Of a DNA stretch of 64,000 bases, positions 1-17,787 are shown in pieces. Location: assembly GCA_907165135.1 (NCBI GenBank), contig OU015568.1, forward strand, positions 14,508,001-14,572,000, in the 5' to 3' direction. Under the pieces are notes generated by a model. That model was given only the letters and a program-made list of their open reading frames with translations. It did not search any database and was not told the DNA's origin. Every line of letters starts with the position of its first letter. The first letter of the stretch is position 1. Both the position numbers and the translations under genes were made by a program. This DNA is from Oikopleura dioica. Lineage: Eukaryota; Animalia; Chordata.

Positions 1-3000
1 TAAGTGCAGTCAGAAACATTCTTCTTTACTGTATTTTAGCTTGTATTGTTTATTCCCGCGTCGCTGGAAACCGCTGCTGTCCCTCAAAAGAAGAGCCACT
101 TCCTCCTTATCCAACTGCGTACCCAACTTTGTCAAAGAACTCAGCGTTCGCCGCGAACCAAGCTCCGCAGTTCATCGACCGAGCGTTGTCGATTGACGAG
201 CTGTCGCAGACGCATCGTTCGGAACGATCGGTTTACACTTTCCGCAGCAAGGTGCGTCAAACGTCGGAAACTCTACTCATCACGCCAGAAACACAATCCC
301 TGAAGAAATTTTAACAACATAATAATATCGCCTGATTCTGTAATTATCTCATGACTCGAATCGATTCCTTTTTGAAAGTTTATGTATAAACTCGTATTTT
401 CTGTTAAAATATAGAGCAAGAATTGGAGCTTGGAATTGCTAGATCAAATGCAGCTACAGTGGCTGACAGACAGTGCCTGTTCTTTGTTGATTGCGTCAGT
501 CAGTTTTCAATCGCAACAAAACTTAATGTACCAAAGTAATCCAAAGTCGTATTTGAATATTAAATTTGTTCGGCCAAGATCAGTTGAGTTTCTCAAAACA
601 CAGCAATAAAAAGAGAAAAAGCGTCGGCAGGTTTTGCTTTCTCGGCCCTGATGTTTTCATCTACAACACCAGTGAATAATGATCGTCATTAGTTATGTCG
701 TACCAAAACAATCGCGCTTGTAATTGAGGTTGTCCCTCAAAACTCGACGGATTTCCTCGATTACACAAGATCCTCTAAGGCTCCTCCCACTTTGCAAAGT
801 AACCATTTTTGATTTATTGAATTACTGAAGAAACGTTCCATTTTGACTCAAGCAATTTATTCTTGCGAGCGTTTGATAAATCTACTGTTTTCTATTTCAT
901 TCGCAAGTTTGAATGACAACAAACGAGCAAAGTCTTCCGCCCAGAGAGGATCGGAGGTCCAAATCCCTCCGACTAAAAGGGCCCGACAAATGTTTCTTTC
1001 CGGGGCTTGGACCGGAATTCATTTGGTAAAAAATTTCTTACAAAAAGCCCTCAGTTAAGGGACTCAGATATGGAAACTGTAAACGTTCGAATCTAGGATA
1101 ATGCAGTCTTGCTGGGATATCATTAATTAAATTTTTACGTTGCTAAGCGAAATAGAATATAACGATCAAATTTCTAAAAAGAGGTTGATTTAGCGCTCTA
1201 TTCTTAGATAATTTATTTGAGCTCAAATTAAAATTAACGCTTCTCAAGATCCAAAAAATCTAAAAATAAAAAAATCATCTAATAATTCGCTAGAAATTCT
1301 AGCACGAAAATACCAGCGCTAGAGAATTCCGTGAAAAAATCTTCGACCAATCAAAAAAGGCTAATTTCTTTCCTGGCGTTCTGATTGGCCGTGATAAAAC
1401 AGCGCCATCTATGATTCGAAATTGTGTTTATTAGTTGTAGTTGTTCTTGAAAAACCTCCAAAAGTAAAATTACAAAATGAAATTATAATTATTAAAGAAT
1501 TTGGATCTCGGCCATTTTTGCTGAAACAAAAACAAAATCGCCCTGGCGGAGTTTATACTCAAAACAGATTTCCGCATTCAAGGTGAATCTATCATTGTCT
1601 TGAAAAGAAAATTACCGAGTGAATTTGCCACACTGTTTGCTGCCAGCTCGAGCGGAAACTTTCTACGTTTACTTCTGGAACGCAGTTGTTCTGGGGCCGA
1701 TTCTACCCGCTGCGGTTGAGTACAGGACCGGAGGAAATGAGGCGACATTGGTGGAGGAAAATCAGTTATGTTTACAGCTTTTTCCTTCTTCTTATCAATA
1801 TTATTGATTATCAGTAGCAAAAAGAGGCCTTTCAGGAATCTTTGGTATCTGAAAATTTAGTGAAGGAGAATTGACAATTGTGTACTTTCGGTTCAATGGA
1901 CTTAGGGAGTTATCGCTTCTAAATGGGATAAAACGGAAGGAGATAGCGACTCACTGGTGGGAAGTTTCTCTTTTGGCCTTTTCATTGTCTATCTCTTCTT
2001 AGGTACTATCAAAAGCATCCAGAGCGTAATTGATAACAGCAAACAAGCTCGCGTGACCATCCGCGACACTGATAAAAATTCACAACTTCCGTTCAGACTT
2101 GATTAGAAGCCAATTCGTGTTTGGCTTTAAAAGAATATCAGTTTACTGTTGCAAAATTTCGAAGAAAGAGTTCAGAAAAAATGATCAGATTTCTTCTTTT
2201 TTCATTCTCGTCGTCTAAATTTATTAAACATGGAAATAAAATCGTTATATTAATCTGAAAACATGCTCCTTCGTCTCAGTATAAACAGGATAAAAGAGCG
2301 CCTCTGTATCTGTTTCATGTAGCAATGATATCAGTGATACTCTTGAAAATAATGGACAAGTCGCTGTTCACGTTATTTGTTGTCGATTATAATAATGCGC
2401 GAGATTTGACTAATAATAATGACGACGTAACGTAAATTAGCTTATCTCAGACCGAAATACGAGTCCGAAAATCCCAGAATACAGAAAAACCTCTCCTTTT
2501 TGAACTTTTATTTTCGGCGTTTGAAAATCAGCTAGAAAGATTAAAAAGGTTAAATCTGTTCTTTACCGTACTACAAGACATCTATAAGCACAACAATCTC
2601 GGCAGGAGGATCTGGCAAATCTTCAGAAAGAGATTTGTTAACCTGTTCATGCATTACAGAGATTATCCAGCAGTCCGAGTGGAGCTTGAGCCCAAATTCC
2701 TGAGCCGCAATTGTGTCAACAACTTTTGACGGGATCAGTCTTCCTAATAAAAACTCTTATGTTAAGCACCTTCTCGCTCACACCTTGTGCGCTACACTGA
2801 CTTTGCCAGGTTAAAATGCAGAATATGTTGAATAAAGAAGACTCAAAAAGTAGGAAAAGGTTAAAATTAAACAGGTCGATTCATTTGGTGCCCTCGTGAT
2901 CAGTAGATGACTGTACCGATTAGTATTCATTTCAAAGATGAGTGTTTTCTCGAACTTTTACGACGATTCACCGTTATATAACTGTAGCTCGTCATGATTC

Positions 3001-3484
3001 GCCGCCGAGCACGTCAGAAAATATTCCCATGACATCTGATCCTTCTTTCAGACCAATTTTGGTTGAATCTTGCTATCAAAGCCTAACCAATTGGCCCCAA
3101 ATGGCCGCCACGGATTTGTGTATTAGTTAGCGTCAATCAGTATTTTACTTTTAGGAAGCTCTACATATGGTGGTTAGTTGTAGGGGTCGGATAAGCATTA
3201 TCTAGTACGTAAAAATCTCTGTTGGTTATTCGATCGTTTCTTAGTGGCGGCGCTGCGAGAATCGAGAATTTCCTTGGCAAGCGGTGGCGCTAAGGGGACA
3301 CGAGGCGGTATCGAATAGCGCCGTAACGCTTTAACGCTGCGCTTGATCGGATACTAATTTACTCCACCACCAGTTATCATTTTATATCATCACAAGGCGA
3401 GATAGATCTGAATATTTGTGAGAAAAATATCAGAGCTTTCACAAGAAACAAAGAGACCGAAATACCAAAAATAAAAATAAAAAA

Positions 3485-8174
<4,690 letters not shown>

Positions 8175-8476
8175 AAGAAAAAACTAATTTAAAATATACT
8201 GTAATTTCGCGGTTTTTTGATTTCGGAAATTCCGGTGCCAAAAAGCTTTTTCGATAAAAAATTCGAAAGATCGATTTCTGTGGTGCTAAAACGCCCCTAT
8301 TCATAATATTCAAAACTGTTTCAACTAAAAATTGTTTTGTGTACATATTAATTATGCTTTAACTGTAAATATATTACATTAAAAGTGAGCAAATGTGGAT
8401 TGATTGGGAGTGGTTCTTTTTTATTTTTGTTCATGGCAGTTTTTGATGATAACTTGCGAGAGCATCGAGCATCCAG

Positions 8477-11400
8477 TTACATGAGCAGCACAATTGAAAG
8501 TGAAAACAGTGATGCAAAAAATAGACTCGGAGCATTCGTACTGCTAGTTTTTGGAACTTCTGTAAAGTGGATTTGATTAGTGATATGGCAAATTTAGGAG
8601 GTACTTCTGAAGAAGTGGGTTCAATAAAAAATCCGTTCCTATTTCGCATTTTTGTCCAATAAAGCCATCTTGACAAACGCATTTCTTCTGCTTCGTGGTG
8701 GTCTCAAATCTTTTTCCACCGCGAAGCTGAATAGCAGGTGCATCGTAGGAGACACACTCGCCTCCATTGAGGCAGGGATTCGTCGTTTTCTCGCACAAAA
8801 GATATCGACACCCGTGCTAAATCGTGCGCAGTTAACGTTAACGGCTCCTTTTGATGCTCAACAGACCTTTTGTCGAACCCAGGCTCCTGGAGATGGATCG
8901 TCCGAGGGCGACAGATTACATTCATCGCATCTTCTTCCTCGAAAACCGACGAGAATCGGCAAGTTCTGACGTTTTGATGAGGGCTGGGCGTCTTTTCGAG
9001 CGTTTTTGAAAGAAAAATAAATAATCAAATTTATGAAATTAGTTGTCAATTTTAAATTTCAAAAGAAAAAAACGCTTCCTATAAGCGGAATTATTTTTCT
9101 GCAGGAACATTGTCCGCCCTTGCCACATCTTTTTCTGGATTCAAAAACAGGTTCTTACGTGAACAGTGGTTTTTGTTGCTCTTTGATATTGCGGAACTCT
9201 AACATTACTTTCGTTGTCAAAACAAACTGGCCGCTTAAAATACGAATATTTTGCTCGAAATCAAATATGAACCAATGTGCATCGCAATATCCGCATCGGT
9301 GTTCCATTTTTGCCAATAATATTATCAAATATGCTAGAGAAAAGAGAGAAGATCGTTTGAAACCCAAATCTTGTATCAATAGCTCCAAGCATGTCGCAAT
9401 CGCACTAAAAAAAGGAGAAAAGAAATAGACCTAAGCCACTTAGTCACAAATTGCTTCAGGATGGCAAAACAAAAAACAAGGCGCAAATTTGTAATTCCTT
9501 GTACCAAGGGGCACTATTTAACTCAAGTTGTAAGTAGTGCTTGCATAGTGGGGTTTTCGTTGAATTTTGGATATCTTAGCGATTCTTTGTTTTTCAGAGT
9601 TTCATCAAGTGCTTTTTACGGTGAAATTTGGAGAATTATGCTGGATGAAAAATGCAAATGATTGAATATAAAGCACTAGTAAATAAATTTTGAATGGATT
9701 TTCCTTTGTTGTAAAAAGGGTAAAATAGACAATCGACGGAAAGGGGAAGTTGCCAACACTTTGAAAATGACAATTGTATTTTAAGAATTTGTTCAATGTT
9801 TTTGAATTGCATCCCCATTTTTGCAATAGTACGTGGAGCAAATTAAATTAAGTACGATTGAATCAAAACGATTCCCACCTCAAGTTGACGAGATTACTCA
9901 ACTTATCAACAAGAAGTTGCTAGATTGGCAATAATTAGCTGGTATAAACTTACGGGCTGACAATAGCTCAAGCTGCTTTTGTGTTGATTCTCATCAGCGT
10001 AGAAGTTTTGGGAACATCGATTGCACAAGCGGCCGACTGTGTTATGTAGACAACCTCACATAGGATCATTATACGAGCCTCTACGAGGTAGAAGACCATG
10101 TGTTTACATCATGTCGAAAATGCTTACGATTCCTAGTCATTTTCAACAACGCTACTGGTAATTATCTGATCCCAACACTTCGCATGTTATTTCGTCGTTG
10201 TAGTAGCTGCAACGCGCGCTATGGCCAGAGCAAGCTGAACATTCTTTGTTCGAACATGAATAATTACCAGTGTTAAAAACCTTGACTACAATTGATACTT
10301 CTTGACGACCTTTCGAAAATAGGCTCGAAATCGGCGAAATCGTATAGATACGGCGTCGTTGTCGTGGTAGTAGAAGTCGTAGTTGTGGTCGTGGTAGTCG
10401 TTGATGTTGTTGAGTCTGTTGTGTAATTAACTGTCACCGCTGTTGTTAATTCGAGGTCTTTTTCGGGAGGTTCTGTTACCAAATTGGCGGTGAGGTAGTT
10501 TGAGAAAGCCCAGATGTCGTCAGAATGGCTAGCAAAATTGGACGAGCTCGCGGAAAGTCCTCTAAGACTAGTAAGCGAGTTTTTTTTCTCTGACTTTGAT
10601 AGCAGTTCTTGGGGAGAAATTTCAGTTTCGAAGGCCGGGAGAGGTGTTGTTGGCATTGCTTTCATTGTAGTAGTAGTTGTCGTCGTCGTTGTCGTTAATG
10701 TCGTAGTGGTTGTTGAAGTCGTCGTTGAAGTTGTGGTTGAAGTCTTCGTTGACGTTGTTGTTGACGTTGTTGTGCTGGTCGTTGTTGTGGTTCTAGTTGT
10801 CGTGGTTGTAGTTGTTGCTGACGTTGTCGTCGATGATTCAGTTGTATTTGGAAATCGGATTTGAACGGATGGTTTTTGCATTTTCTGGGGTCTCATGGTA
10901 GATGTGATCGCTTTTGTGGTTGGTCGAGGTGCTGTCTTTCTAGTTGTTGTTGTTGATTTGATCGTTGCTTTACCGATTGACAGCGGCGTTAAAGTCAGCT
11001 GCTGTGTAATCGGCGTCTGTGTTGTTCTTCCCGATGTTGAGGTAATTGGAATAATAGTCGGAATGATAAATTGCTGCTGTGTTTTGGGGTTTTGTTTTTG
11101 CAATTTTCTATTTTCGTCATAATTCATGTTCTGCGAACCCTCTGTCGTTGTTTCGACTTTGTCCGCTCTATTTTTGGATTCTTCGGGATTCTTGTTGATC
11201 CTAAAAGCAGATTCTTGTTGTTGCTCATTTGTCGATTTTGGAATATTGCCGGGCGTGGCTTCTGCCTTTTCCGTTTGTTTATTCCTAGAATGATGGCCTC
11301 CATTTTTCTTGCGGCCTTTGTTTTGTTTCCGGGAGTTTCCTCTCTCTGCGCCCGGATGAGGACTGAGTTCTTCAATCAGCTTAGCCTCTCGGGCCTTCAT

Positions 11401-12468
11401 TAGTTCCGACAATTGGGCACTCATTTCTTAAAATTTTAATTCCTACATTGGAAACATCCTTTTTTAAACATACGAGTGGATAACAACTTGAGCCGGTCTT
11501 CCACCCGCTTTTCAATTTGAAGCTCCAAATTCGCATTCAGCAGCGAGAATTTCTGCTCGATGAACTTTTCCATATCTTCGTTGGTTGACCCTTTTTCAGT
11601 TTCTAAAACAAGGGTTCAAAAGGTACTATTCGCGCTGTAAATCTTTAAAAGTATCAATCTATCAGCACTGTTAACGAAACACGCCTCTAGAATAATCAAA
11701 CCTTTTGTAAAAAGAGTACCTAGTGCGATTTCTTGAATGAGGCTTTCCAAGTCTTCTGACTTTTCATTTTGAACCTGAATTAATTTTAAGCGCTTTTATT
11801 ACTACTGATACGGGTAATGTGATAATTGGGCGCATATAAACAGTACCTCAATCTTCTTGTTTATAGTATCAATCAGCATGACAAGCATTTGGCCAACAGT
11901 TTCCTTCTTTTCGTCATCTTTAAAGGCAAAATAACTTTCTGCGTCCATTGAACCCGCATTTTTGTCCTGAAAGAAAATATTTTCAGCTGAAACAAAAAGA
12001 CGTAGAATTTTCGGAAACCAGAATAAAATAAAATTCCTATAGAACGTTTCATCTTTCCGGTTTAATTTAATCTGATAGACTGATAAGATAATATTTTTTC
12101 ATGAAATTCTAAGCAAGAAAATTATTTTTTTTATATTTTGGGGCAAATATCTTAATTTAAATCGCTCTATTTATTCAATTTATGTCAAAAATAAGGAGGT
12201 TCGTTTAACTTTTGTTGATAATTTTATGATTAAATACCGCGATTGTCATTGATGGAGTAAATTCTAGCGCAATAAACCTGCGGTCCCGGCCTTGGGTATT
12301 GAAATGACTGTGCATAGCCTAACGGGTATTGCTGCGGGTAGGCGAGTATGGGCGGATAAGGAGGATCTATAAATCATTGTCAGTTTCATTCGTCTTCTAG
12401 GAGTTGTCTCTCTTACAGTAATATTGTGCGCAACACGAGGCAAAAAGCAAAACTAGCGGCGAAATCAT
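8477..12468 (-). CDS. Secreted, probably GPI-anchored mucin-like protein with laminin-EGF and EGF domains (multi-exon)
   Basis: Signal peptide MISPLVLLFASCCAQ at 12468, then a Pro/Tyr/Gln exon and coiled-coil-like exons. A long Thr-rich exon lies at 10273-11424. A laminin-EGF motif (CSACSGHSARC..CLHNTVGRLCNRC) lies at ~9930-10245 and an EGF motif (NPCLNGGEC..CVCQDGFIGQKCE) at ~8640-8800. The hydrophobic C-terminus SLFFASLFSLSIVLLM ends at 8477. Confidence 0.68.
10370..10830 (-). repeat. Thr-rich low-complexity coding repeats (ACN codon runs)
   Basis: Two poly-Thr tracts within ORF 10273..11424. Confidence 0.85.
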
Positions 12469-13537
12469 TGAGCGCGGATTAAAAGTTCAGATTAAATTAA
12501 ATCTGAGCATGCGAGCCTTGGAAAAACATTTTTAGTCGCACTTGGCAAGGTGACGATCATAGTACTCACTTATTTGAATAAAAGAGCTGCAGCTGACTTG
12601 GCCACTGCTGCGATTATCTAGCTACGACACTTATCACTCAACCTAACTACTGTCGCTGTTTGTTTATAAGCAGATTAAACTCCAGGACTTGTGCAATTTC
12701 TAATTGCATGGCAGACGCGGGTAGTTTGTTTTGTCTGTTTTAGGGACTTAGTGAAACACTTAAAATTCGCTAGGAAAGATATATGTCTAGGAAAATGACG
12801 CCTATGATGCTCAATGTATTTTATCTCCACTCTGTTGATTTTTTTTGGAGGAAATTTTTTCACCTGAAATATTACCTTAGATAACCATCCTGATTTTAGT
12901 CCCCTTCGTTCTCCTGCTGAGAGTAAGGGTATCTTAGATTGCCATCTGACGTCTTATCCACCATTCTGTAGCGCCCTCTTTTGGAATGACTTCGGCATAA
13001 ATTGAAGGGGAAGACTGGTTAACTACACATGTAAAATTATTATGGAAAAAAATTTAAAATGAATAATGTTTTCACTCGTTGCTGCTGGCAAAATATCACT
13101 TTCATACGCGGGACTGTTTTTAATCAAACTATAAAATGAAAACTAAATTACCTGTACCTCTGAAGAATACGACCATATGTTCGGTATAAAATATCAGGAC
13201 CTGTATAAGTTATCGAGCATAACTGTATGAAATATATTTTAATAAAAATATAAACCTGCATTCATCTTTCCTCTTTGAAAAATATCATGGATATAATATG
13301 CATGATTCATGCAGCATGAATATTTCTTCGAGTTATTTCCAATGTATCAAAGAAGCACTTTATTAAGTTTATAGCAGCAAAGCAAATGAATAGTAGAACA
13401 AGAGATAACTGGTAGAAGATAGTAGAAGTAGAACATTGACTTGCGAGAACGGACACCGTTGTTGATATGGATTTTTTCATTCTGTTTTTGATTTGGACTT
13501 TGAGGAATCATTCTTTGGCTTATGAATTGGAACTCGT

Positions 13538-15301
13538 TTAGCTGGGCTTGCAGCGACCTGGCTTTGACTTTGATGATTCTTATAAACGAGTTAGAACTCG
13601 CAAATGAGTAGGAAACTCACTTGATTGACGACGACTGGCGAGCGACGTTGTATCAGCTACCTCAACATTAGAGGTGGCCATGACAGCTCTGTAAGGAAGA
13701 CTAGCAGTCCGCCCGTGACCGAGCATCATCGGTTCCGAGTGGTAGATTTCCCCGTCTGTTACCGATATTTGATTTATTGCTTCCATTATGTTGATTGTTG
13801 GTGATTCTGGCAGCAAATCCTCCCCACTAAGAATAAACATTAAACTTCTTGAAATCATAGAGAAGTACGCAGTAATCAAGCTTGATAAAACGACTTACAT
13901 GGGAATATCATGCATTCTACAAAGCGCAGCATAACAAGATGATGAGTTTTGCTTCAGTTCTTTTTGAATAGCCGGGACTTTCTCAAAGAAATCGGGCTCC
14001 AGCGCCGGCCGATGCCTCTGGAACCAGATCGATTTTCGGATTTGAGCCGTTGTAAAACGTTGTCTGTAGTCTTTTGCGAGCATGCCATGCATTATAGTAT
14101 CCCAGTCTTTTGCAAGAATATCGTTTGTCTAAAAAGAGCCTACGATCTTGAAGGATTGAACGGAAAATTACCAGTTTTGGCAGTATAAGAACACATTCTT
14201 CGATTTTTTCGTAGAGATTGTAAACATTTTCGCCTGAATGAGTTCGAGACGGTATCTCATTGCCAGACTTTACCTGTGAAAGGATATGAGCCCGTACAGC
14301 AGTTGAATAGGGTCACGCCCGCTGCCCAAACATCAACTGCCGGACCGTTGAATTCCGATTCTCCAGCGGCTATTTCCGGTGGCTAGGAGAAAATTAGGGC
14401 TGGGGAAAATATAGTTTATTAATACCTGGAACTGGGGCGTTCCATTTGCAATTGTGCAGGTCATGTGATCTTGGAACAATTCTAGCTGCTCGGCTACGCC
14501 GAAGTCGGTGATTTTGAGGGTTTGTTCGGCATTGAGTAAAAGGTTTCCAGGTTTGATGTCTTTATGAATTACGCGTATGCTGTGAAGGTATTCAAGGCCA
14601 TTGATTAGCTAAAAATATTAGCTGAAATTGAAGGATGGTAATGGCTACCAAACTTGTACAAAATAACGATGAGTTTGGTGGATAGGCAATTTCTTGTCAG
14701 GCGCAAGGTCGAGTAGATTTTGAAGTGTAATTACGCAATATTCCATGACTGAAAAGATAACTGTTGAAATGGTACTAAAAAGGCAAAACATACAGAAATA
14801 GATTTTTTCCTTCTGGGGGTTGTATTGGAAGTCGATGAGGTGAATGATATTTGAATGTTTGAGGTTTCTGAGTATTTTCAGCTCCTAAAAATCGCTGTAA
14901 GCAGAATACCTCCAGTTATGCTACAGTACTTTTTTTACATTGGAGTCTCCATTAGGTATTCTCCTCAGCCTTTGCTTTTTGATGATTTTGACGGCGGCTC
15001 GCTGGAGCGTTTCTGTGTGAAGGACTTCTTTAACCTTGGCATAGCTCCCTTCGCCCAGTAAATTTCCAAATAGCCAGCCATAAAGAACTTTGTAATTCTT
15101 CCGCCGCTGACCGCTCGTGTCTATGATCTGCTCGGTGACCTGGCGGAAGATAGGGCCACCATCGTCGTCGGAAAAGTAGTCGTCGTGGTCGTAAAGTTGG
15201 AAGATCGACTGTTGCGGTGGATTTGGATCCTCGTAGTCCTCCTCATCTGAATAGTACTCTTCTACTTCCACAGTCCTTCCAGAGGTTATCTCATCATTCA
15301 T
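13538..15301 (-). CDS. STK11: Serine/threonine kinase LKB1 (multi-exon)
   Basis: [86 protein letters not shown]. The spliced C-terminus ends RRCKPS*, a CaaX-type box as in other LKB1 proteins. Confidence 0.93.
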
Positions 15302-16204
15302 TCGCGAGAAAGAGGGTCAATTTCGAAGGTCTCTGTTTTCACGATAAAAGAGTCTGAAAACCCGAAGCTCAAGAAGATTTTTGATGAAGCATTTGGCAGT
15401 AGTACAATTATTGTAACTGTAGGCAGACAGCAGAACAGATAGTTAGTCATATTTCTCGTCGGGTAGCCAAAAACACAGTTGAGAACAAGCGGAAATGAAC
15501 ATATCTGATGACTGGTTGAATGTGACGGCACAAACAGCATTTGGATGACGACCGTCGAGTTTCCCGATGTGTTCGCCTTTCTGAAGATTTAACTCAATTT
15601 CGAAACCTCGACTTTTCGGACGTAGAAATTAACAAAATTTGCGACAAGTGACTTGTCTTCAAACTTTTCTCCTACACTTGGTGGGCCCATATGCGAACAA
15701 AATAATTGGTTCGATTTTCGAACATAAGTTACCAGGATTCCTGGTCCAGGAAGAGAAAGAACGATAAGAATCAAGATCGATGATCGAAATTCGATCACCA
15801 CCCGCTGAGAGGGGATTACCGTTGCGATTTCACTCGCGAGGCGGTGCGCTAAAAATCCAGGCGCACTTGCGCTTGGGCCTGCGGTGTGGTTATTACCCGG
15901 AATGACGTAACATTCTCGAAGCAGGGGAAAAATTGACTTGAGGGTCGGCCTTGTGGGGGCGCTAAGGAGCAGCGCGCTCTAAGAAGAGGAAAAATCTTCC
16001 TTTGCTAATTAGAAACTCTTCTTTAATATAATTATAAAAGTAATTAAGACATTTTCTTGTGCAGTTTTTTCTGCATATTCTTACTGGCTCAACTGATATG
16101 TCTTTTAACATCTTATTATAAACAAAATAATCGAGTGGTCTCCGTTTGCCAAAGTCGCTGTTTCCCCAAGTTGGGTAAAATGCGATGTGAATTGATTAAG
16201 ATTG

Positions 16205-16872
16205 TCCACAGTCAGTCCCGGCTTCATCAACTTCAATCCCAGCTTCAACAACTTCGATCCTAGCTTTTCAGACGTCAATCCTGGTGACTCGAACGTCCAT
16301 TGTGGCATCTCCAGCGTCGATTTCGGCTTCTTAATGCCGATCCTAGCGTCACAAACTAAAATCCTAATTCTAGGATTCTTCGATTCTTGATTTTTTAATT
16401 TAAGGGGCTTGACGGCCCTTCGGGCCGTCTCAGCCCCGATTCTTGATTTTTTAATTTAAGGGGCTTGACGGCCCTTCGGGCCGTCTCAGCCCCGATTCTT
16501 GATTTTTAATTTAAGTGGCTTGACGGCCCTTCGGGCCGTCTCAGCCCCGATTCTTGATTTTTAATTTAAGGGGCTTGACGGCCCTTCGGGCCGTCTCAGC
16601 CCCGATTCTTGATTTTTTAATTTAAGGGGCTTGACGGCCTTTCTCGGCCTTTTCCAACGTCAATTTTATTGATTATTATTCAAGAAGCAATAAAAGAAAA
16701 TTTTAAAGCCGGGACTGGCATCTGAGAAGCTCGGATTGAAGAAAGTGACGCCCGGATCGGATCTTAAGAAGCCGGGATTGACGCTGGAGCGACCAGGATT
16801 GACGTCTGTAAAGCTAGGATCGAAGTTGTTGAAGCAAAGATTAAAGTTGGTGAAGCCGGGATTGAGTGTGGA
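16205..16872. mobile_element. Foldback-like element: degenerate inverted arms built of ~21-bp subrepeats around a central tandem array
   Basis: 16205-16351 aligns with the reverse complement of 16745-16872 (e.g. GCTTCAACAACTTCGATCCTAGCTT on both arms). Confidence 0.7.
16382..16639. repeat. Tandem repeat of 55-56-bp units, ~4.6 copies, each with a GC-rich hairpin
   Basis: Units start at 16382, 16438, 16494, 16549 and 16604; hairpin GGGGCT-T-GACGGCCC-TTC-GGGCCGTC-TC-AGCCCC. Confidence 0.95.
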
Positions 16873-16986
16873 AAAGCCAATAATATTTAGTTTAATAATC
16901 GATTAATTTATTTAAACTACATTATATGTACCTATATTATTATTATGATATTATATTATTAAAAGATTATTATAAAATAACCGCCT

Positions 16987-17650
16987 TTTAAGGACCCCCC
17001 CATCAAGAATCGTGAAAATGAGCCATTTTAGTGAAAGTTTTTCTCAGAAACTATCTTAGGTAGATCCTTACTTTCACTTGCTACCTTTAGATTCAACCCT
17101 CGGCTGCAACCGTTACCCTTATGATAATCTCTCGATTACAAATTTAAGGGTATACAGGCCCTTAAAGGTAAAGTTGCTTAGTGAAAGTTTTTTTAAGGAT
17201 TTTAGTTGAGGTATACCCTTAATTTTTTTACAGGATATAGTTAAGGCCCTAAGCTACGACCGTTTCTCTTTTGAGAGTTTTTGGTCAACGAACTTTAGGA
17301 GGACACACCCTTTAAAAATTTATAAGTCGAATATAAGAAAAATTTACAGATTTCAATTTTAAGTTTTCTTTAAAAAACTGCCTTCGATTATGTTTTTCTA
17401 ACTGTTTTTGTGATGGAGATGCATTTTAAGATGGGTATACCCTTAATTATAAAGAAAATATAGCAAACCAAGGATTTTCATAAAAATATAATGCAAATTT
17501 CCACTTTTTAAAGCCAATTTTCGTCAAAAATTTCTATAGCAGCGAAAAATTTTCAACATAAAAGTTTCTCCTCGTTGTCCAAAGAACCCAAAATGACCAA
17601 AAAATACAGATAATTTTGACCAAATTCATCTTGATGGGGGGGTCCTTAAA
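16987..17650. mobile_element. Non-autonomous DNA transposon with TTAA flanks and GG..CC termini (Kolobok-like)
   Basis: Perfect 22-bp inverted repeat TTTAAGGACCCCCCCATCAAGA at 16987-17008 and 17629-17650; no ORF. Confidence 0.75.
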
Positions 17651-17787
17651 GAAAAAAATAAGTTTTCAATTCATTAATCCTGTCAAAAAACCGTTTATTT
17701 TAATTAACCTTCATTCTTGATTTTATTTCCGAGTGAGGGCGCTTATTTCACGCCGCGCTCTGATTGGTGCGCGCTCGGGAAAGCTCT

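Noticed and set aside
1-3130. Short ORFs and exon-like pieces upstream of FoxI
   Set aside because: No consistent exon chain or recognisable domain could be assembled by hand.
10055-10177. Apparent TG-AG or GT-GA intron in the laminin-EGF domain
   Set aside because: One extra G in the GG run at 10054-10055 makes it a normal GT-AG intron, matching the homopolymer-deletion pattern.
10514-11403. Poly-Val hydrophobic ORFs (also 62086..62301)
   Set aside because: Antisense shadows of Thr-rich coding repeats.
12675-13520. Possible small gene between LKB1 and the mucin-like gene
   Set aside because: Some splice-like sites exist, but no stable frame or homology; part is probably LKB1 3' UTR (AATAAA near 13360).
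16202-16390. 62-aa heptad-repeat ORF as a real gene
   Set aside because: It lies in one arm of the foldback element, starts at TTG, and has no supporting exon structure.
16382-16639. CRISPR-like array of hairpin repeats
   Set aside because: Units are contiguous with no unique spacers, there are no cas genes, and the context is eukaryotic.
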